Below, in pieces: positions 40,461 through 54,000 of a stretch of 64,000 nt of DNA. The DNA lies in NCBI GenBank assembly GCA_052327205.1, contig CM126211.1, positions 8,246,001-8,310,000 of the forward strand, given 5' to 3'. The translations under genes were made by a program, and so were the position numbers. Numbering within the stretch: the stretch's first letter is position 1; each line of letters opens with the position of its first letter. A model generated the notes under the pieces. The model searched no databases. It was not told the origin of the DNA and was given only the letters and a program-made list of their open reading frames with translations. Source of the stretch: Somniosus microcephalus (Eukaryota).

Positions 40461-43400
40461 AAGAGAGGTTTAGGCAAGGAATTCCAGAGCTTAGGGCCCA
40501 GGCAGCTGAAGGCACGGCCACCAATGGTGGAGCGATTATTATCAGGGATCCTCAAGAGGGCAGAATTGGAGGAGCGCAGAGATCTCGGAGGGTTGTGGGG
40601 CTGGAGGAGATTACAGAGATAGGGAGGGGCGAGGGCCACGGAGAGATTTGAACACAAGGATGAGTCGTTGCCGGACCGGGAGCCGTTGTACGTCAGCGAG
40701 CACAGGGGGTGATGGGTGAACGGGACTTGGTGTGAGTTAGGACACGGGGCAGTGAGCACAAGGGGTAATGGGTGAACGGGACTTGGTGTGAGTTAGGACA
40801 CGGGGCAGTGAGCACAGGGGGTGATGGGTGAACGGGACTTGGTGTGAGTTAGGACACGGGGCAGTGAGCACAGGGGGTGATGGGTGAATGGGACTGGGTG
40901 TGAGTTAGGGCCCGGGGCAGTGAGCACAGGGGGTGATGGGTGAACGGGACTGGGTGTGAGTTAGGACACGGGGCAGTGAGCACAGAGGGTGAGGGGTAAA
41001 CGGGACTGGGTGTGAGTTAGGACACGGGGCAGTGAGCACAGGGGGTGATGGGTGAACGGGACTCGGTGCGAGTTAGGACAGGGGGCAGTGAGCACAGGGG
41101 GTGATGGGTGAACGGGACTTGGTGTGAGTTAGGACACGGGGCAGTGAGCACAGGGGGTGGTGGGTGAATGGGACTGGGTGAGAGTTAGGGCCCGGGGCAT
41201 TGAGCACAGGGGGTGATGGGTGAACGGGACTGGGTGTGAGTTAGGACACGGGGCAGTGAGCACAGAAGGTGAGGGGTAAACGGGACTGGGTGTGAGTTAG
41301 GACACGGGGCAGTGAGCACAGGGGGTGATGGGTGAACGGGACTCGGTGCGAGTTAGGACAGGGGGCAGTGAGCACAGGCGGTGATGGGTGAACGGGACTG
41401 GGTGTGAGTTAGGACACGGGGCAGTGAGCACAGGGGGTGATGGGTGAACGGGCCACCGTGCGAGTTAGGACACGGGGCAGTGGGCACGGGGTGATGGGTG
41501 AACGGGACTTGGTGCGAGTTAGGACACGGGGCAGTGAGCACAGGGGGTGATGGGTGAACGGGACTGGGTGTGAGTTAGGACACGGGGCAGTGAGCACAGG
41601 GGGTGATGGGTGAACGGGACTTGGTGTGAGTTAGGACACGGGGCAGTGAGCACAGGCGGTGATGGGTGAACGGGACTTGGTGCGAGTTAGGACACGGGGC
41701 AGTGAGCACAGGGGGTGATGGGTGAACGGGACTGGGTGTGAGTTAGGACACGGGGCAGTGAGCACAGGGGGTGATGGGTGAACGGGACTGGGTGTGAGTT
41801 AGGACACGTGGCAGTGAGCACAGGGGGTGATGGGTGAACGGGACTGGGTGTGAGTTAGGACACGGGGCAGTGAGCACAGGGGATGATGGGTGAACGGGAC
41901 TGGGTGTGAGTTAGGACACGGGGCAGTGAGCACAGGGGGTGATGGGTGAACGGGACTTGGTGCGAGTTAGGACACGGGGCAGTGAGCACAGGGGGTGATG
42001 GGTGAACGGGACTGGGTGTGAGTTAGGACACGGGGCAGTGAGCACAGGCGGTGATGGGTGAACGGGACTTGGTGCGAGTTAGGACACGGGGCAGTGAGCA
42101 CAGGGGGTGATGGGTGAACGGGACTTGGTGCGAGTTAGGACACGGGGCAGTGAGCACAGGGGGTGATAGGTGAACGGGACTTGGTGCGAGTTAGGACACG
42201 GGGCAGTGAGCACAGGGGTGATGGGTGAACGGGACTGGGTGCGAGTTAGGACACGGGGCAGTGAGCACAGGGGGTGATGGGTGAACGGGACTGGGTGCGA
42301 GTTAGGACACGGGGCAGTGAGCACAGGCGGTGATGGGTGAACGGGACTGGGTGTGAGTTAGGACACGGGGCAGTGAGCACAGGGGGTGATGGGTGAACGG
42401 GACTTGGTGCGAGTTAGGACACGGGGCAGTGAGCACAGGGGGTGATGGGTGAACGGGACTGGGTGTGAGTTAGGACACGGGGCAGTGAGCACAGGGGGTG
42501 ATGGGTGAACGGGACTGGGTGTGAGTTAGGACACGGGGCAGTGAGCACAGGGGGTGATGGGTGAACGGGACTTGGTGCGAGTTAGGACACGGGGCAGTGA
42601 GCACGGGGTGATGGGTGAACGGGACTGGGTGTGAGTTAGGACACGGGGCAGTGAGCACAGGGGGTGATGGGTGAACGGGACTGGGTGTGAGTTAGGACAC
42701 GGGGCAGTGAGCACAGGGGGTGATGGGTGAACGGGACTGGGTGCGAGTTAGGACACGGGGCAGTGAGCACAGGGGGTGATGGGCGAATGGGACTGGGTGT
42801 GAGTTAGGACACGGGGCAGTGAGCACAGGGGGTGATGGGTGAACGGGACTTGGTGCGAGTTAGGACACGGGGCAGTGAGCACAGGGGGTGATGGGTGAAC
42901 GGGACTTGGTGCGAGTTAGGACACGGGGCAGTGAGCACAGGGGGCGATGGGTGAACGGGGCTCGGTGTGAGTTAGGACACGGGGCAGTGAGCACGGGGTG
43001 ATGGGCGAACGGGACTGGGTGTGAGTTAGGACACAGGGCAGTGAGCACGGGGTGATGGGTGAACGGGACTGGGTGTGAGTTAGGACACGGGGCAGTGAGC
43101 ACAGGGGGTGATGGGTGAACGGGACTCAGTGTGAGTTAGGACACGGGGCAGTGAGCACGGGGTGTTGGGTGAACGGGACTGGGTGTGAGTTAGGACACGG
43201 GGCAGTGAGCACAGGGGGTGATGGGTGAATGGGACTGGGTGTGAGTTAGGACACAGGGCAGTGAGCACAGGGGGTGATGGGTGAACGGGACTTGGTGCGA
43301 GTTAGGACACGGGGCAGTGAGCACGGGGTGAGGGGTGAACGGGACTGGGTGTGAGTTAGGACACGGGGCAGTGAGCACAGGGGGTGATGGGTGAACGGGA

Positions 43401-45348
43401 CTGGGTGTGAGTTAGGACACGGGGCAGCGAGCACAGGGGGCGATGGGTGAACGGGACTGGGTGCGAGTTAGGACACGGGGCAGTGAGCACAGGGGGTGAT
43501 GGGTGAACGGGACTTGGTGCGAGTTAGGACACGGGGCAGTGAGCACGGGGTGAGGGGTGAACGGGACTGGGTGTGAGTTAGGACACGGGGCAGTGAGCAC
43601 AGGGGGTGATGGGTGAACGGGACTTGGTGTGAGTTAGGACACGGGGCAGTGAGCACGGGGTGAGGGGTGAACGGGACTGGGTGTGAGTTAGTACACGGGG
43701 CAGTGAGCACAGGGGGTGATGGGTGAACGGGACTGGGTGTGAGTTAGGACACGGGGCAGCGAGCACAGGGGGTGATGGGTGAACGGGACTTGGTGCGAGT
43801 TAGGACACGGGGCAGTGAGCACAGGGGGTGATGGGTGAACGGGACTGGGTGTGAGTTAGGACACGGGGCAGTGAGCACGGGGTGATGGATGAACGGGACT
43901 CGGTGTGAGTTAGGACACGGGGCAGTGAGCACAGGGGTGATGGGTGAACGGGACTGGGTGTGAGTTAGGACACGGGGCAGTGAGCACAGGGGGTGATGGG
44001 TGAACGGGACTGGGTGTGAGTTAGGACACGGGGCAGTGAGCACAGGGGGTGATGGGTGAACAGGACTGGGTGTGAGTTAGGACACGGGGCAGTGAGCACA
44101 GGGGGTGATGGGTGAACGGGACTTGGTGCGAGTTAGGACACGGGGCAGTGAGCACGGGGTGATGGGTGAACGGGACCGGGTGTGAGTTAGGACACGGGGC
44201 AGTGAGCACAGGGGGCGATGGGTGAACGGGACAGGGTGTGAGTTAGGACACGGGGCAGTGAGCACAGGGGGCGATGGGTGAACGGGACTTGGTGTGAGTT
44301 AGGACATGGGGCAGTGAGCACAGGGGGTGATGGGTGAACGGGACTTGGTGCGAGTTAGGACACGGGGCAGTGAGCACAGGGGGCGATGGGTGAACGGGAC
44401 TTGGTGCGAGTTAGGACACGGGGCAGTGAGCACAGGGGGTGATGGGTGAATGGGACTGGGTGCGAGTTAGGGCCCGGGGCAGTGAGCACAGGGGGTGATG
44501 GGTGAACGGGACTGGGTGTGAGTTAGGACACGGGGCAGTGAGCACAGGGGGTGATGAGTGAACGGGACTGGGTGCGAGTTAGGACACGGGGCAGTGAGCA
44601 CAGGGGGTGATGGGTGAACGGGACTCGGTGCGAGTTAGGACACAGGGCAGTGAGCACAGGGGGTGATGGGTGAACGGGACTTGGTGCGAGTTAGGACACG
44701 GGGCAGTGAGCACAGGGGGTGATGGGTGAACGGGACTGGGTGCGAGTTAGGACACGGGGCAGTGAGCACAGGGGGCGATGGGTGAACCGGACTTGGTGCG
44801 AGTTAGGACACGGGGCAGTGAGCACAGGGGGTGATGGGTGAACGGGACTGGGTGTGAGTTAGGACACGGGGCAGTGAGCACAGGGGGTGATGGGTGAACG
44901 GGACTGGGTGCGAGTTAGGACACGGGGCAGTGAGCACAGGGGGTGATGGGTGAACGGGACTTGGTGCGAGTTAGGACACGGGGCAGTGAGCACGGGGTGA
45001 TGGGTGAACGGGACCAGGTGTGAGTTAGGACACGGGGCAGTGAGCACAGGGGGCGATGGGTGAACGGGACTTGGTGTGAGTTAGGACATGGGGCAGTGAG
45101 CACAGGGGGTGATGGGTGAACGGGACTTGGTGCGAGTTAGGACACGGGGCAGTGAGCACAGGGGGCGATGGGTGAACGGGACTTGGTGCGAGTTAGGACA
45201 CGGGGCAGTGAGCACAGGGGGTGATGGGTGAACGGGACTCGGTGTGAGTTAGGACACGGGGCAGTGAGCACAGGGGGTGATGGGTGAACGGGACTCGGTG
45301 TGAGTTTGGACACGGGGCAGCCGAGTTTTGGATGAGCTGAAGTTTATG
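40461..45348 (-). mobile_element. L2 fragment with an internally amplified 56-bp unit; other L2 3' fragments about 4180-5095+, 13150-13790+, 22690-23185-, 33070-33445-
   Basis: L2 sequence on both sides of the array ('GGRAFSCLGPKLWNSLP' at left, GAGTTTTGGATGAGC at right). Confidence 0.85.
40695..45320. repeat. 56-bp G-rich minisatellite, about 83 copies, L2-derived
   Basis: Unit AGTGAGCACAGGGGGTGATGGGTGAACGGGACTGGGTGTGAGTTAGGACACGGGGC, with 54-55-bp variants. Confidence 0.97.
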
Positions 45349-45771
45349 CTATTAAAGGCGGAAATGAGGAGTTCCTGAAATAGAAGAGGGCAGAAGACCT
45401 TTGTGGAAGAGTTCCGAAGGTAGGACATCTGCTCTGCTTCTCAGGTGCTGGTGAACAAGGAAGAAAGGGAGAGGCGCCTCAGTGTGTTTCATGACCTGCC
45501 CTGCTGAGCATAAGAACATAAGAAATAGGAACAGGAGTCGGCTATTCAACCCCTCGAGTCTGCGCCGCCATTCAATAAAATCATGGCTGATCTGATCTTG
45601 GCCTCAACTCCACTTCCCTGCCCGCTCCCCATCACCCTCGACTCCCCTGTAGTTCAAAATGTGGAGCTTCATTCATCACTGGTCTATAGCCCTAGGGGTG
45701 AGGGAGATGGCAGTCAGCGCTAGTGCCACCTCCCTCTGGTTGGCATGAGCGATAATCTCCAAAGAGATTTA

Positions 45772-46459
45772 GGCCTAGAAATTCACTAGCCTTAGCGCCG
45801 CTTTTGAGGCGCTAGAGGGACTAGCGCCAGAGTTATGGCCAGTTGAAAAATTCCCTGGGGCCCTAAAGCGGCGTTGCACCGGTAGCGCTGCGCCGGCACC
45901 GATGACGTCATCGGTGTGCGCAGCATCCCGGTTGCCATGCCGACGGGCCCCAGCGCCGAAATTCAGTTGCGGCCGCCTCGCCCGTGGCAGCCGCAACTAA
46001 GACTCTGGCAACAGAGTCCAACATGTGTTTGCGCCGGCGCATTAAAGGCCCCGCGGCGGCCGGCCGCTTTCCCGCCGGCCGCCTGCCCGCAGCTCCCTCC
46101 CCGGACTTCTACACCCCGCCCCCCCCGGAACAGATGCAAGCCCGGCACTTGTCCGAGGTGCCGGGCTCATTTTTAAACAGATTTGCGCGGGCCGCGGCCG
46201 GGTGCAGGCAGCTCCTCCTTAATGGAAGGAGGAGGCCTGCACTTCCCCAGCCTGCCGCACCGCATCGGGTGCCGCAGCGCCGGAATTGCGGCGCTAAACG
46301 GCAGTGAGCGCCCTTTTCCAGGCGCTAACACCGTTCAGTAGCGCCGGCAGCCGTTTGGGCGCGGCGCTACTGAATTTTTCGCGCGCGCAGGGGGACTTAG
46401 CGCCGGCACTAACTTCCGGCGCTAAAGCCCTGGCTAAGCCAAAACCCAATTTCTAGGCC
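45772..46459. mobile_element. Harbinger/Tourist-type MITE (GC-rich)
   Basis: Perfect 12-bp TIR GGCCTAGAAATT and TTA TSD on both sides; empty-site copy at 47167-47267. Confidence 0.9.
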
Positions 46460-46462
46460 TTA

Positions 46463-47166
46463 GGGTTTCATGTACCCAGATCACTAAAATGTAGTAGTCA
46501 GGTACAAAAAAATAATCAAAAGGGCTAATGGAATGCTGGGCTTTATATCTAGAGGACTAGAGTACAAGGGGGTAGAAGTTATGCTGCAGCTGTACAAAGC
46601 CCTGGTTAGACCACACCTGGAGCACTGGGAGCAGTTCTGGGCACCACACCTTAGGAAGGATATACTGGCCTTGGAGGGAGTGCAGCGTAGGTTTACCAGA
46701 ATGATACCCGGACTCCAAGGGTTAAGTTACGAGGCGAGATTACACAAATTAGGGTTGTATTCCCTGGAATTTAGGTGGTTAAGGGGTGATCTGATCGAAG
46801 TTTTCAGGATATTAAGGGGAACAGATAGGGTCGATAGAGAGAAACTATTTCCGCTGGTTGGGGAGTCTAGGACTAGGGGGCAGAGTCTAAAAATTAGAGC
46901 CAGACCTTTCAGGAGTGAAATTAGGAAACACTTCTACACACAAAGGGTGGTAAAAGTTTGGAATTCTCTTCCAAAAGCAGCAATTGATGCTGGGCCAATT
47001 GTTAATTTTAAATTGGAGATTGATAGCTTTCTGTGAACCAAAGGTATTAAGGGATATGGGCCAAAGGCGGGTAGATGGAGTTAAGTCGCAGATCAGCCAT
47101 GATCTCATTGAATGGCGGAATAGGGTCGAGGGGCTAAAAGGCCTCCTCCTGTTCCTATGGTCATGA
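46463..47166 (+). mobile_element. 5'-truncated CR1
   Basis: ORF 46533..47036 with CR1 ORF2 C-terminal motifs. Confidence 0.88.
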
Positions 47167-47661
47167 AGCCCTAGGGGTGAGGGCGTTGGCAGTCAGTGCT
47201 AGTGCCACCTCCCTCTGGTAGACATGAGCGATAATCTCCAAAGAGATTTAGGGGTCCATGTACCCAGCCCCCAAGAATTCCCTTTGACCCTTCACAAACC
47301 TGAATGATCCAGTGTCCTGACAATAAACGTGTGTGTGTCTATATTTGTGCTTCTCAAGGTGAGGAAGCAAAATATCAGGGAGCGGCGAAGATGTTCAACG
47401 TTGCACCAGGCCAGGAAACGGCATCAAATATCCTTCAGGGTGGAAGCTGCCCCTTCATTGCCCAGATGCTGCACTCGCCCCAGCCTCAGCAGAGCATTGC
47501 CGACCGCACCAACAGAACCTCCTCAATCTTTTTGTACTATTTGATCTTCTGGACCTTGCCAAATGTTTGCGGGGGTGGGGATGTTTGAGTTATCGGTTCA
47601 TCTCCAGAAACATTTAATGAGATCATGGCTGATCATCCAAACTCAGTACCCTGTCCCTGCT

Positions 47662-47793
47662 NNNNNNNNNNNNNNNNNNNNNNNNNNNNNNNNNNNNNNN
47701 NNNNNNNNNNNNNNNNNNNNNNNNNNNNNNNNNNNNNNNNNNNNNNNNNNNNNNNNNNNNNNNNNNNNNNNNNNNNNNNNNNNNNNNNNNNNN
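47662..47793. other. Assembly gap (132 N)
   Basis: Run of N flanked by CR1 tails. Confidence 1.
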
Positions 47794-48735
47794 GGAGACT
47801 GTCCAAAGAGGGGAGCGGGGAAAGAGCGGGACTGATTGGAGAGCTCTTTCAAAGAGCCAGCACAGGCACCATGGGCCGAATGGCCTCCATCTGTGCTGTA
47901 CAATTCTATGATTTTCTTCTCACTTGGATCATTTATTAGCCGTCAGAACAAGAAACACGTCTGCTTAGCTTTAAAGATCGGGGACAGAGTTACACCACCA
48001 CAGGATTGTACTTGGACAACAGGCGATGCCAACTCTGGTTGGCCACATTCCTGGAGGTTTTATCACATGACCTCCCGCTTCCAATCGCCCCGCCCCCACA
48101 CTCTCCCGCCATTGGTCGCCCGACATGCCCATCCTCGCGGCGCCTCACCCTCCCCGCGGCCAATCGGAAAGCAAACAGACTCTTCGTTGCTCGGATTGGA
48201 TGAATCTTGCCCATCAGTCAAACAGACTTTTTATCCCAACCATCTCCAATATTTTTTGTAACTAAGAAACGAAGGTGTTCATAGAAGATGAAAGAAAGAC
48301 TTTATTTTATTGCCCCTGTGATTTTTCTCCCCGGGGTTTTTGCTGGCAGCCGTGTCCTGGAGATTAATCTTCAATTCCTGGAGACTCCTGGGCAATCCTG
48401 GAAAGTTGGCGATCTTAAATTGGCTATTGTCCGCCTGAGTAGATTGACGTCAAGTTACTGGCATTCAGATTTGATGCAGAGCTTAACCCCGAGTTTTATC
48501 AATGATTGGTGTGCTTTGCTGCCCTCTGCTGTGAGATTCTGTGAAATGCAATATCTTGAGAAATCACAACCAAAAGGGAAGATGTCTGCAATGTATATGC
48601 AGGCAGTGGTGAATAAGCCATATTCAGTGAGGATCAACCCTTACTTAACAACTAGTGGAATTTGCATTTTCATTCTCGTAACCGTATTGGATGTAAAAAC
48701 TATTTGTAGAAATGTCAGTGGCTCGTACAAAGATA

Positions 48736-48892
48736 TATGTATGAGTGTGTGTGTGTGCGCGAGTGAATGTGTGCGCGAGTGAATGTGTGCGCGAGTGAAT
48801 ATGTGTGCGCGTGAGAGTGAATGTGTGTGTGAGAGTGAATGTGTGTGTGTGAGAGTGAGTGTGTGTGTGAGTGTGAATGTGTGCGTGTGTGA
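48736..48892. repeat. Compound (TG)n / GAGTGAATGTGTG microsatellite
   Basis: Visible directly. Confidence 0.9.
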
Positions 48893-49171
48893 GTTTGTCA
48901 GTTAGTTATAACCACTCTTGGATTCTAGTACATCAGTGTGAGTAAGCTGAAATTGCAATATGCTGTGCCTTTACTCAATCTTCATGTCTGGGCTAAAACA
49001 TTTTCTGATTTGCAGAAGAATATGCCAAGTGAATATTTCCAATTGTTTCCATGGTATTGTACACTTACCCACACTTGTTCACTGTCGGTTCCTCTGTTTA
49101 CTGTGTGTTTCCTACATTATTGCCATTGCTAATCAGGACATTGTGAGTGTTAAAGTTTAAATGGAACCATC

Positions 49172-49184
49172 AATAAAGATTAAA
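49172..49184 (+). terminator. Candidate NALCN poly(A) signal (AATAAA followed by ATTAAA)
   Basis: Ends a largely TE-free, AU-rich UTR-like block (about 48420-49200) and is followed by a T-rich tract; earlier AATAAA hexamers at 45574 and 47322 are alternatives. Confidence 0.45.
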
Positions 49185-52100
49185 TGCTTTTTATTAAATT
49201 GCGTAGCATTGGATTAATTTTTACCAATGTCAAGTTGGTGCTAAAGTGGACCTTTAAAATAATCCAGTAAGGAGATTAGACGCAAGTCTATTAAACGGAT
49301 AACTACATGCAAATGAGCCCCTACCAGCTCAACTCTGCGTGAATTATTACACAAGAGACTTTGTGACTCTCTAACTGTGAAATATATTCATGAAGTTGGT
49401 TAGTCATCAGTTTCGGAGCAACAACAGAGAAACAACAACTTGTTCTTACAAGGTGATGGGGGAACTTGCATTTCTAATGTGGCATTTCATATCCTTAGGA
49501 CTTCCTGAAACCATTCACAGCCAGTGAGTTGCTTTCAAAGTGTATTCGCTGTTTTGTACGCAAGTCGAAGCCAATTTTCACAGATGAACGGCTGGTTAAT
49601 TTGTTTTTTGGAGATGTGGAATGATTATAAACGATAGCCAGGATACGTCCACTACGCGTCTTCGAATAAGTGCCGCGGGATTTTTGTGTTTTAAATCCAT
49701 CTAAACAGGCAGATGGAGCCTCAATTCAACATCTGATTCCAAAAACAGCGTCACCCAACAATACAGTCGTCCCTCAGTACTGCACTGAATTGTTGGATGA
49801 GATTAAATCTAAGAAGTCAGTTTTGAAAGATTAAGGGGTGATCTAATCGAGGTGTTTCAGATGATTAAAGGAGTTGATTGGGTAGATGGAGAAACTATTT
49901 CCTGTGGTGGGAGGGTCCAGAACAAGGGGGCAGAACCTTAAAATTAGAGCCAGGCCGTTCAGGGGTGATGTCAGGAAGCACTTCTTCACACAAAGGGTGG
50001 TGGAAATCTGGAACTCTCTCCCCCAAAAAGCTGTCGAGGCTGGGGGTCAATTGAAAATTTCAAAACTGAGATCGATAGATTTTTCTTGGGTAAAGGGCAT
50101 TAAGGGTTACTGAACTAAGGCGGGTAGACGGAGTTAAGATACAGATCAGCCGTGATCTGATTGAATGGTGGGCCAGGATCGAGGGGCTGAATGGCCTCCT
50201 CCTGTTCCTGTGAGGCTCACCTAAAACCCGAATCTATTGCAGGATCCAGAAGTGAAGAGTTTGCAAGTCAGAGACATGGGGGGAGGGGGGTGGGGGAATT
50301 TTCATCTTCACCGCTCCATGAATTGGCAAAGGTGAACATTTCCCCGTGGAACCAAGTTTGCGGCACAGAAGGATGCCATTCAATCCACCATGTCAGTGCC
50401 GGCTCTTTGCTAGAGGAATTCAAACTAATCCCACTGCCTCGCTCTCTTCCCGTGGCCCTATACCTTCCCTTGTAGCATTCAAAGAAAGGAAGAAAGTCTT
50501 GCATTTCTACAGCGCCTTTCACGACCACCGGACGTCCCAAAGCGCTTTACAGGCAACAAAGTAGTTTATGTGCAGTCACTGTTGTAATGTAGGAAACGCA
50601 GCAGCCAATTTGCACACAGCAAGCTCCCACAAACAGCAATGTCATAATGACCAGATAATCTGTTTTAGTGATGTTGACTGAGGGATAAATATTGGCCCCA
50701 GGACACCGGGGAGAACTCCCCTGCTCTTCTTCGATATAGTGCCACGGGATCTTTTACGTCCACCTGACAGAGCAGACGAGGCCTCGGTTTAACATCTCAT
50801 CCGAAAGACGGCACCTCCGACAGTGCAGCACTCCCTCGGCACTGCACTGGGAGTGTTAACCCTAGAATTTACGCTCAAGTCTCTGGAGCGGGACTCGAAC
50901 CCATAACCTTTCTGACTCAGAGGCGCGGGTGCTGCCCACTCAGCCACAGCTGTCAGACCCCCTCGCCAGACATATCGAATGTATTTCCTGTGCCCTATCT
51001 CCCATCACCTTTTAAATTTCATTTGAAACTCATCGTGATTGAAGAGCTTTGTCGCAGCTTGTGGCTTAAGAGTGCTGCTCAATCTGCTGTGGTGTGAACT
51101 GCGGTTAATACTACAAAAAGCCCCCAGTCAAAATAAACCGTTTTAAATCAGATAACCTGTGGATTCAGAGCCAAGTCAACTATAAAATCGTATATCATTT
51201 TAAGGAGACACTGTTTCATCAGAGCAATGAGGCAGTAATCCACAGCAAAGGTATTAAGTCCTGCCTGCTCACTGTATGTGAAATAGGATGATGCAAAGAC
51301 AGCGAATGCAGGCTTGATTTACCTTCAGCAGCACTGAATACTCTGATTGAAAAACTGACCGAAGATTACCTAGAATTTACAGCACAGAAACAGGCCATTC
51401 GGCCCACCTGGTCCGTGCCGGTGTTTCTGCTCCACACGAGCCTCCTCCCACCCCTCTTCATCTCACCCTATCAACATATCCTTCTATTCCTTTCTCCCTC
51501 ATGTGTTTATCGACCTTCCCCTTAAATGTATCTATACTATTCGCCTCAAGCATTCCCTGTGGTAGCGAGTTCCACATTCTCACCACTCTCTGGGTAAAGA
51601 AGTTTCTCCTGAATTCCCTATTGGATTTGTTAGTGGCTTTTATATTTATGGCCCCTAGTTTTGGTCTCCCCTTCAAAAGTGGAAACATCTTTACATCTAC
51701 CCTATCGAACCCTTTCATAATCTTAAAGACCTCTATCAGGTCACCCCTCAGCCTTCTCTTTTCTAGAGTAAAGAGCCCCCGCCTGTTCAGTCTTTCCTGA
51801 TAGCTATAAGCCCACAGTTCTGGTGCCATCCTTGTAAATCCTGTTTGCACCCACACCAGTGCCTCTCTATCCTTGTTGTAATATTGCAGAACAGAACTAG
51901 GCACAGATGTCCTGCTGTGTTCCCTAATAACATAGTGGTAAATTTTTCAAACCATATTTCAAGTTCCTAGGAAATGTATGAACATTGGTGGTAATTTTTG
52001 AATGCTGCTGGGCTCGGTCCGCTTTTAATATTCTGATTTGAATTGAAGTACGCGTGTGGCTATTGCACATAATAACACAGAGGATTAACAACAGTGAATT

Positions 52101-53399
52101 AATTGTCGTCCTGTGCACATACGCATCTGTACGTGATACCGAGAAAGACACTAGGCTTCAAGAAGTACAAAACAATCTGACTGCACATGTCTGATTATGT
52201 GACAGTTTCCATAGCGGCACATGGCAGATCACAAGAAAGAAATACTTAAAAGCAGAAAGGATTATACCGGCTGCTGAAGCACGGTGAGTCCCAACCGAAC
52301 TGCTGCTTCACGGATTTGGCAATATAGCAGACACGCTTACAAAAGTACAGAGATTGGAGAAGCTGTGGTTGTTCTCCTTTGAGCGGAGAAGGTTAAGGGG
52401 AGATTTAATAGAAGCTTTCAAATTTATAAGGGGTTTTGATAGAGTAGACGGGGAAACTTGCCACTGGCAGGAGGGTCAATAACCCGAGGACACAGATTTA
52501 AGGTGATTGGCAAAAATGCCAGCGGGTGAGATGAGAATTTTACTTACGCAGCAAGTTGTTGTGATCTGGAATGCGCTGCCTGAAAGGGCGGTGGAAGCAG
52601 ATTCAATAGTAACTTTCAAAAGGGAATTGGATCAATACTTGAAGGGAAAAAATTTGCAGGGCTCTGCGGAAAGAGCAGGGGGGGAGTGGGACTAATTGGA
52701 GAGCTCTTTCAAAGAGCTGGCACAGGCACGATGGGCCAAATGGCCTCCTTCTGTGTTGTATCATTCTATGAAAATAAGATGGGATATCACTTTTAGACCT
52801 AAAGGAGGATATGCTACCCAAGACTATTAGCGCTTCCCGAGTCACCTTACAATCATAGAATGGTTACAGCACAGAAGGAGGCCATTCGGCCCATCGAGCC
52901 CGTGCCAGCTCTCTGCAAGAGCACTTCAGTTAGTCCCACTCCCCCGCCCTTTCCCCGTAACCCTGCAAATTTTTTTCCTTCAGCTACTTATCCAACTCCC
53001 TTTTGAAAGCCACAATTGAGTCTGCCTCCACCACCCTCTCAGGCAGTGCATTCCAGATCCTAACCACTTGCTGCGTAAAAAGGTTTTCCCTCATGTCGCC
53101 TTTGGTTCTTCTGCCAATCACCTTAAATCTGTGTCCTCTGGTTCTCGACCCTTCCGCCAATGGGAACAGTTTCTCTCTATCTACTCTGTCCAGACCCATC
53201 ATGATTTTGAACACCTCTATCAAATCTCCTCTCAACCTTCTCTGCTCTAAGGAGAACATCCCCAGCTTCTCCAGTCTATCCACGTAACTGAAGTCCCTCA
53301 TCCCTGGAATCATTCTCATAAATTTTTCCTGCACCCTCTCCAAGGCCTTCACCTCCTTCCTAGAGTCCGGTGCTCTCTGAAAATTATATGACGTTCTAT

Positions 53400-54000
53400 T
53401 ATGGTGTCAGTGGGCAGCACTCTCCCCTCTGAGTCAGAAGGTTGTGGGTTCAAGACCCGCTCCAGAAACTTGAGCACCAAATCTAGGCTGACACTCCAGT
53501 GCAGTACTGAGGGAGCGCCGCACTGTCGGAGGGGCAGTACTGAGGGAGCGCCGCACTGTCGGAGGGGCAGTACTGAGGGAGCGCCACACTGTCGGAGGGG
53601 CCGTACTGAGGGAGCGCTGCACTGTCGGAGGGACAGTACTGAGGGAGCGCCGCACTGTCGGAGGGGCCGTACTGAGGGAGCACCGCACTGTCGGAGGGGC
53701 AGTACTGAGGGAGCGCTGCACTGTCGGAGGTGCCGTCTTTTGGATGAGACGTTAAACTGAGGACCCATCTGCTCTCTCGGGTGCATGCAAAAGATCCCAC
53801 GGCCACTATTTAGAACAACAACAGGAGAGTTCTCCCCGGTGTCCTGGGCCAATATTTATCCTTCGATCAACATCACTAAAACTGATTATCTCTGGTCATT
53901 ATCACATCGCGGTTTGAAGTGCACAATTTGGCTGTTGCGTTTCCGAGGAAATGCCTTGGGACATCCTGAGGTCGTGAAAGGCGCTGTGTACTTTTTCTTT
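53400..54000 (+). mobile_element. DeuSINE containing a 33-bp array (about 7 units)
   Basis: Same unit, opposite orientation. Confidence 0.85.

Noticed and set aside
40695-45320. CRISPR array or telomeric repeat (contains TTAGG)
   Set aside because: Units are head-to-tail with no unique spacers and no cas genes; TTAGG is one motif inside an L2-derived unit, not (TTAGGG)n.
45772-46459. CpG island or promoter of a downstream gene
   Set aside because: The GC-rich block is bounded exactly by TIRs and a TTA TSD, so it is a MITE.
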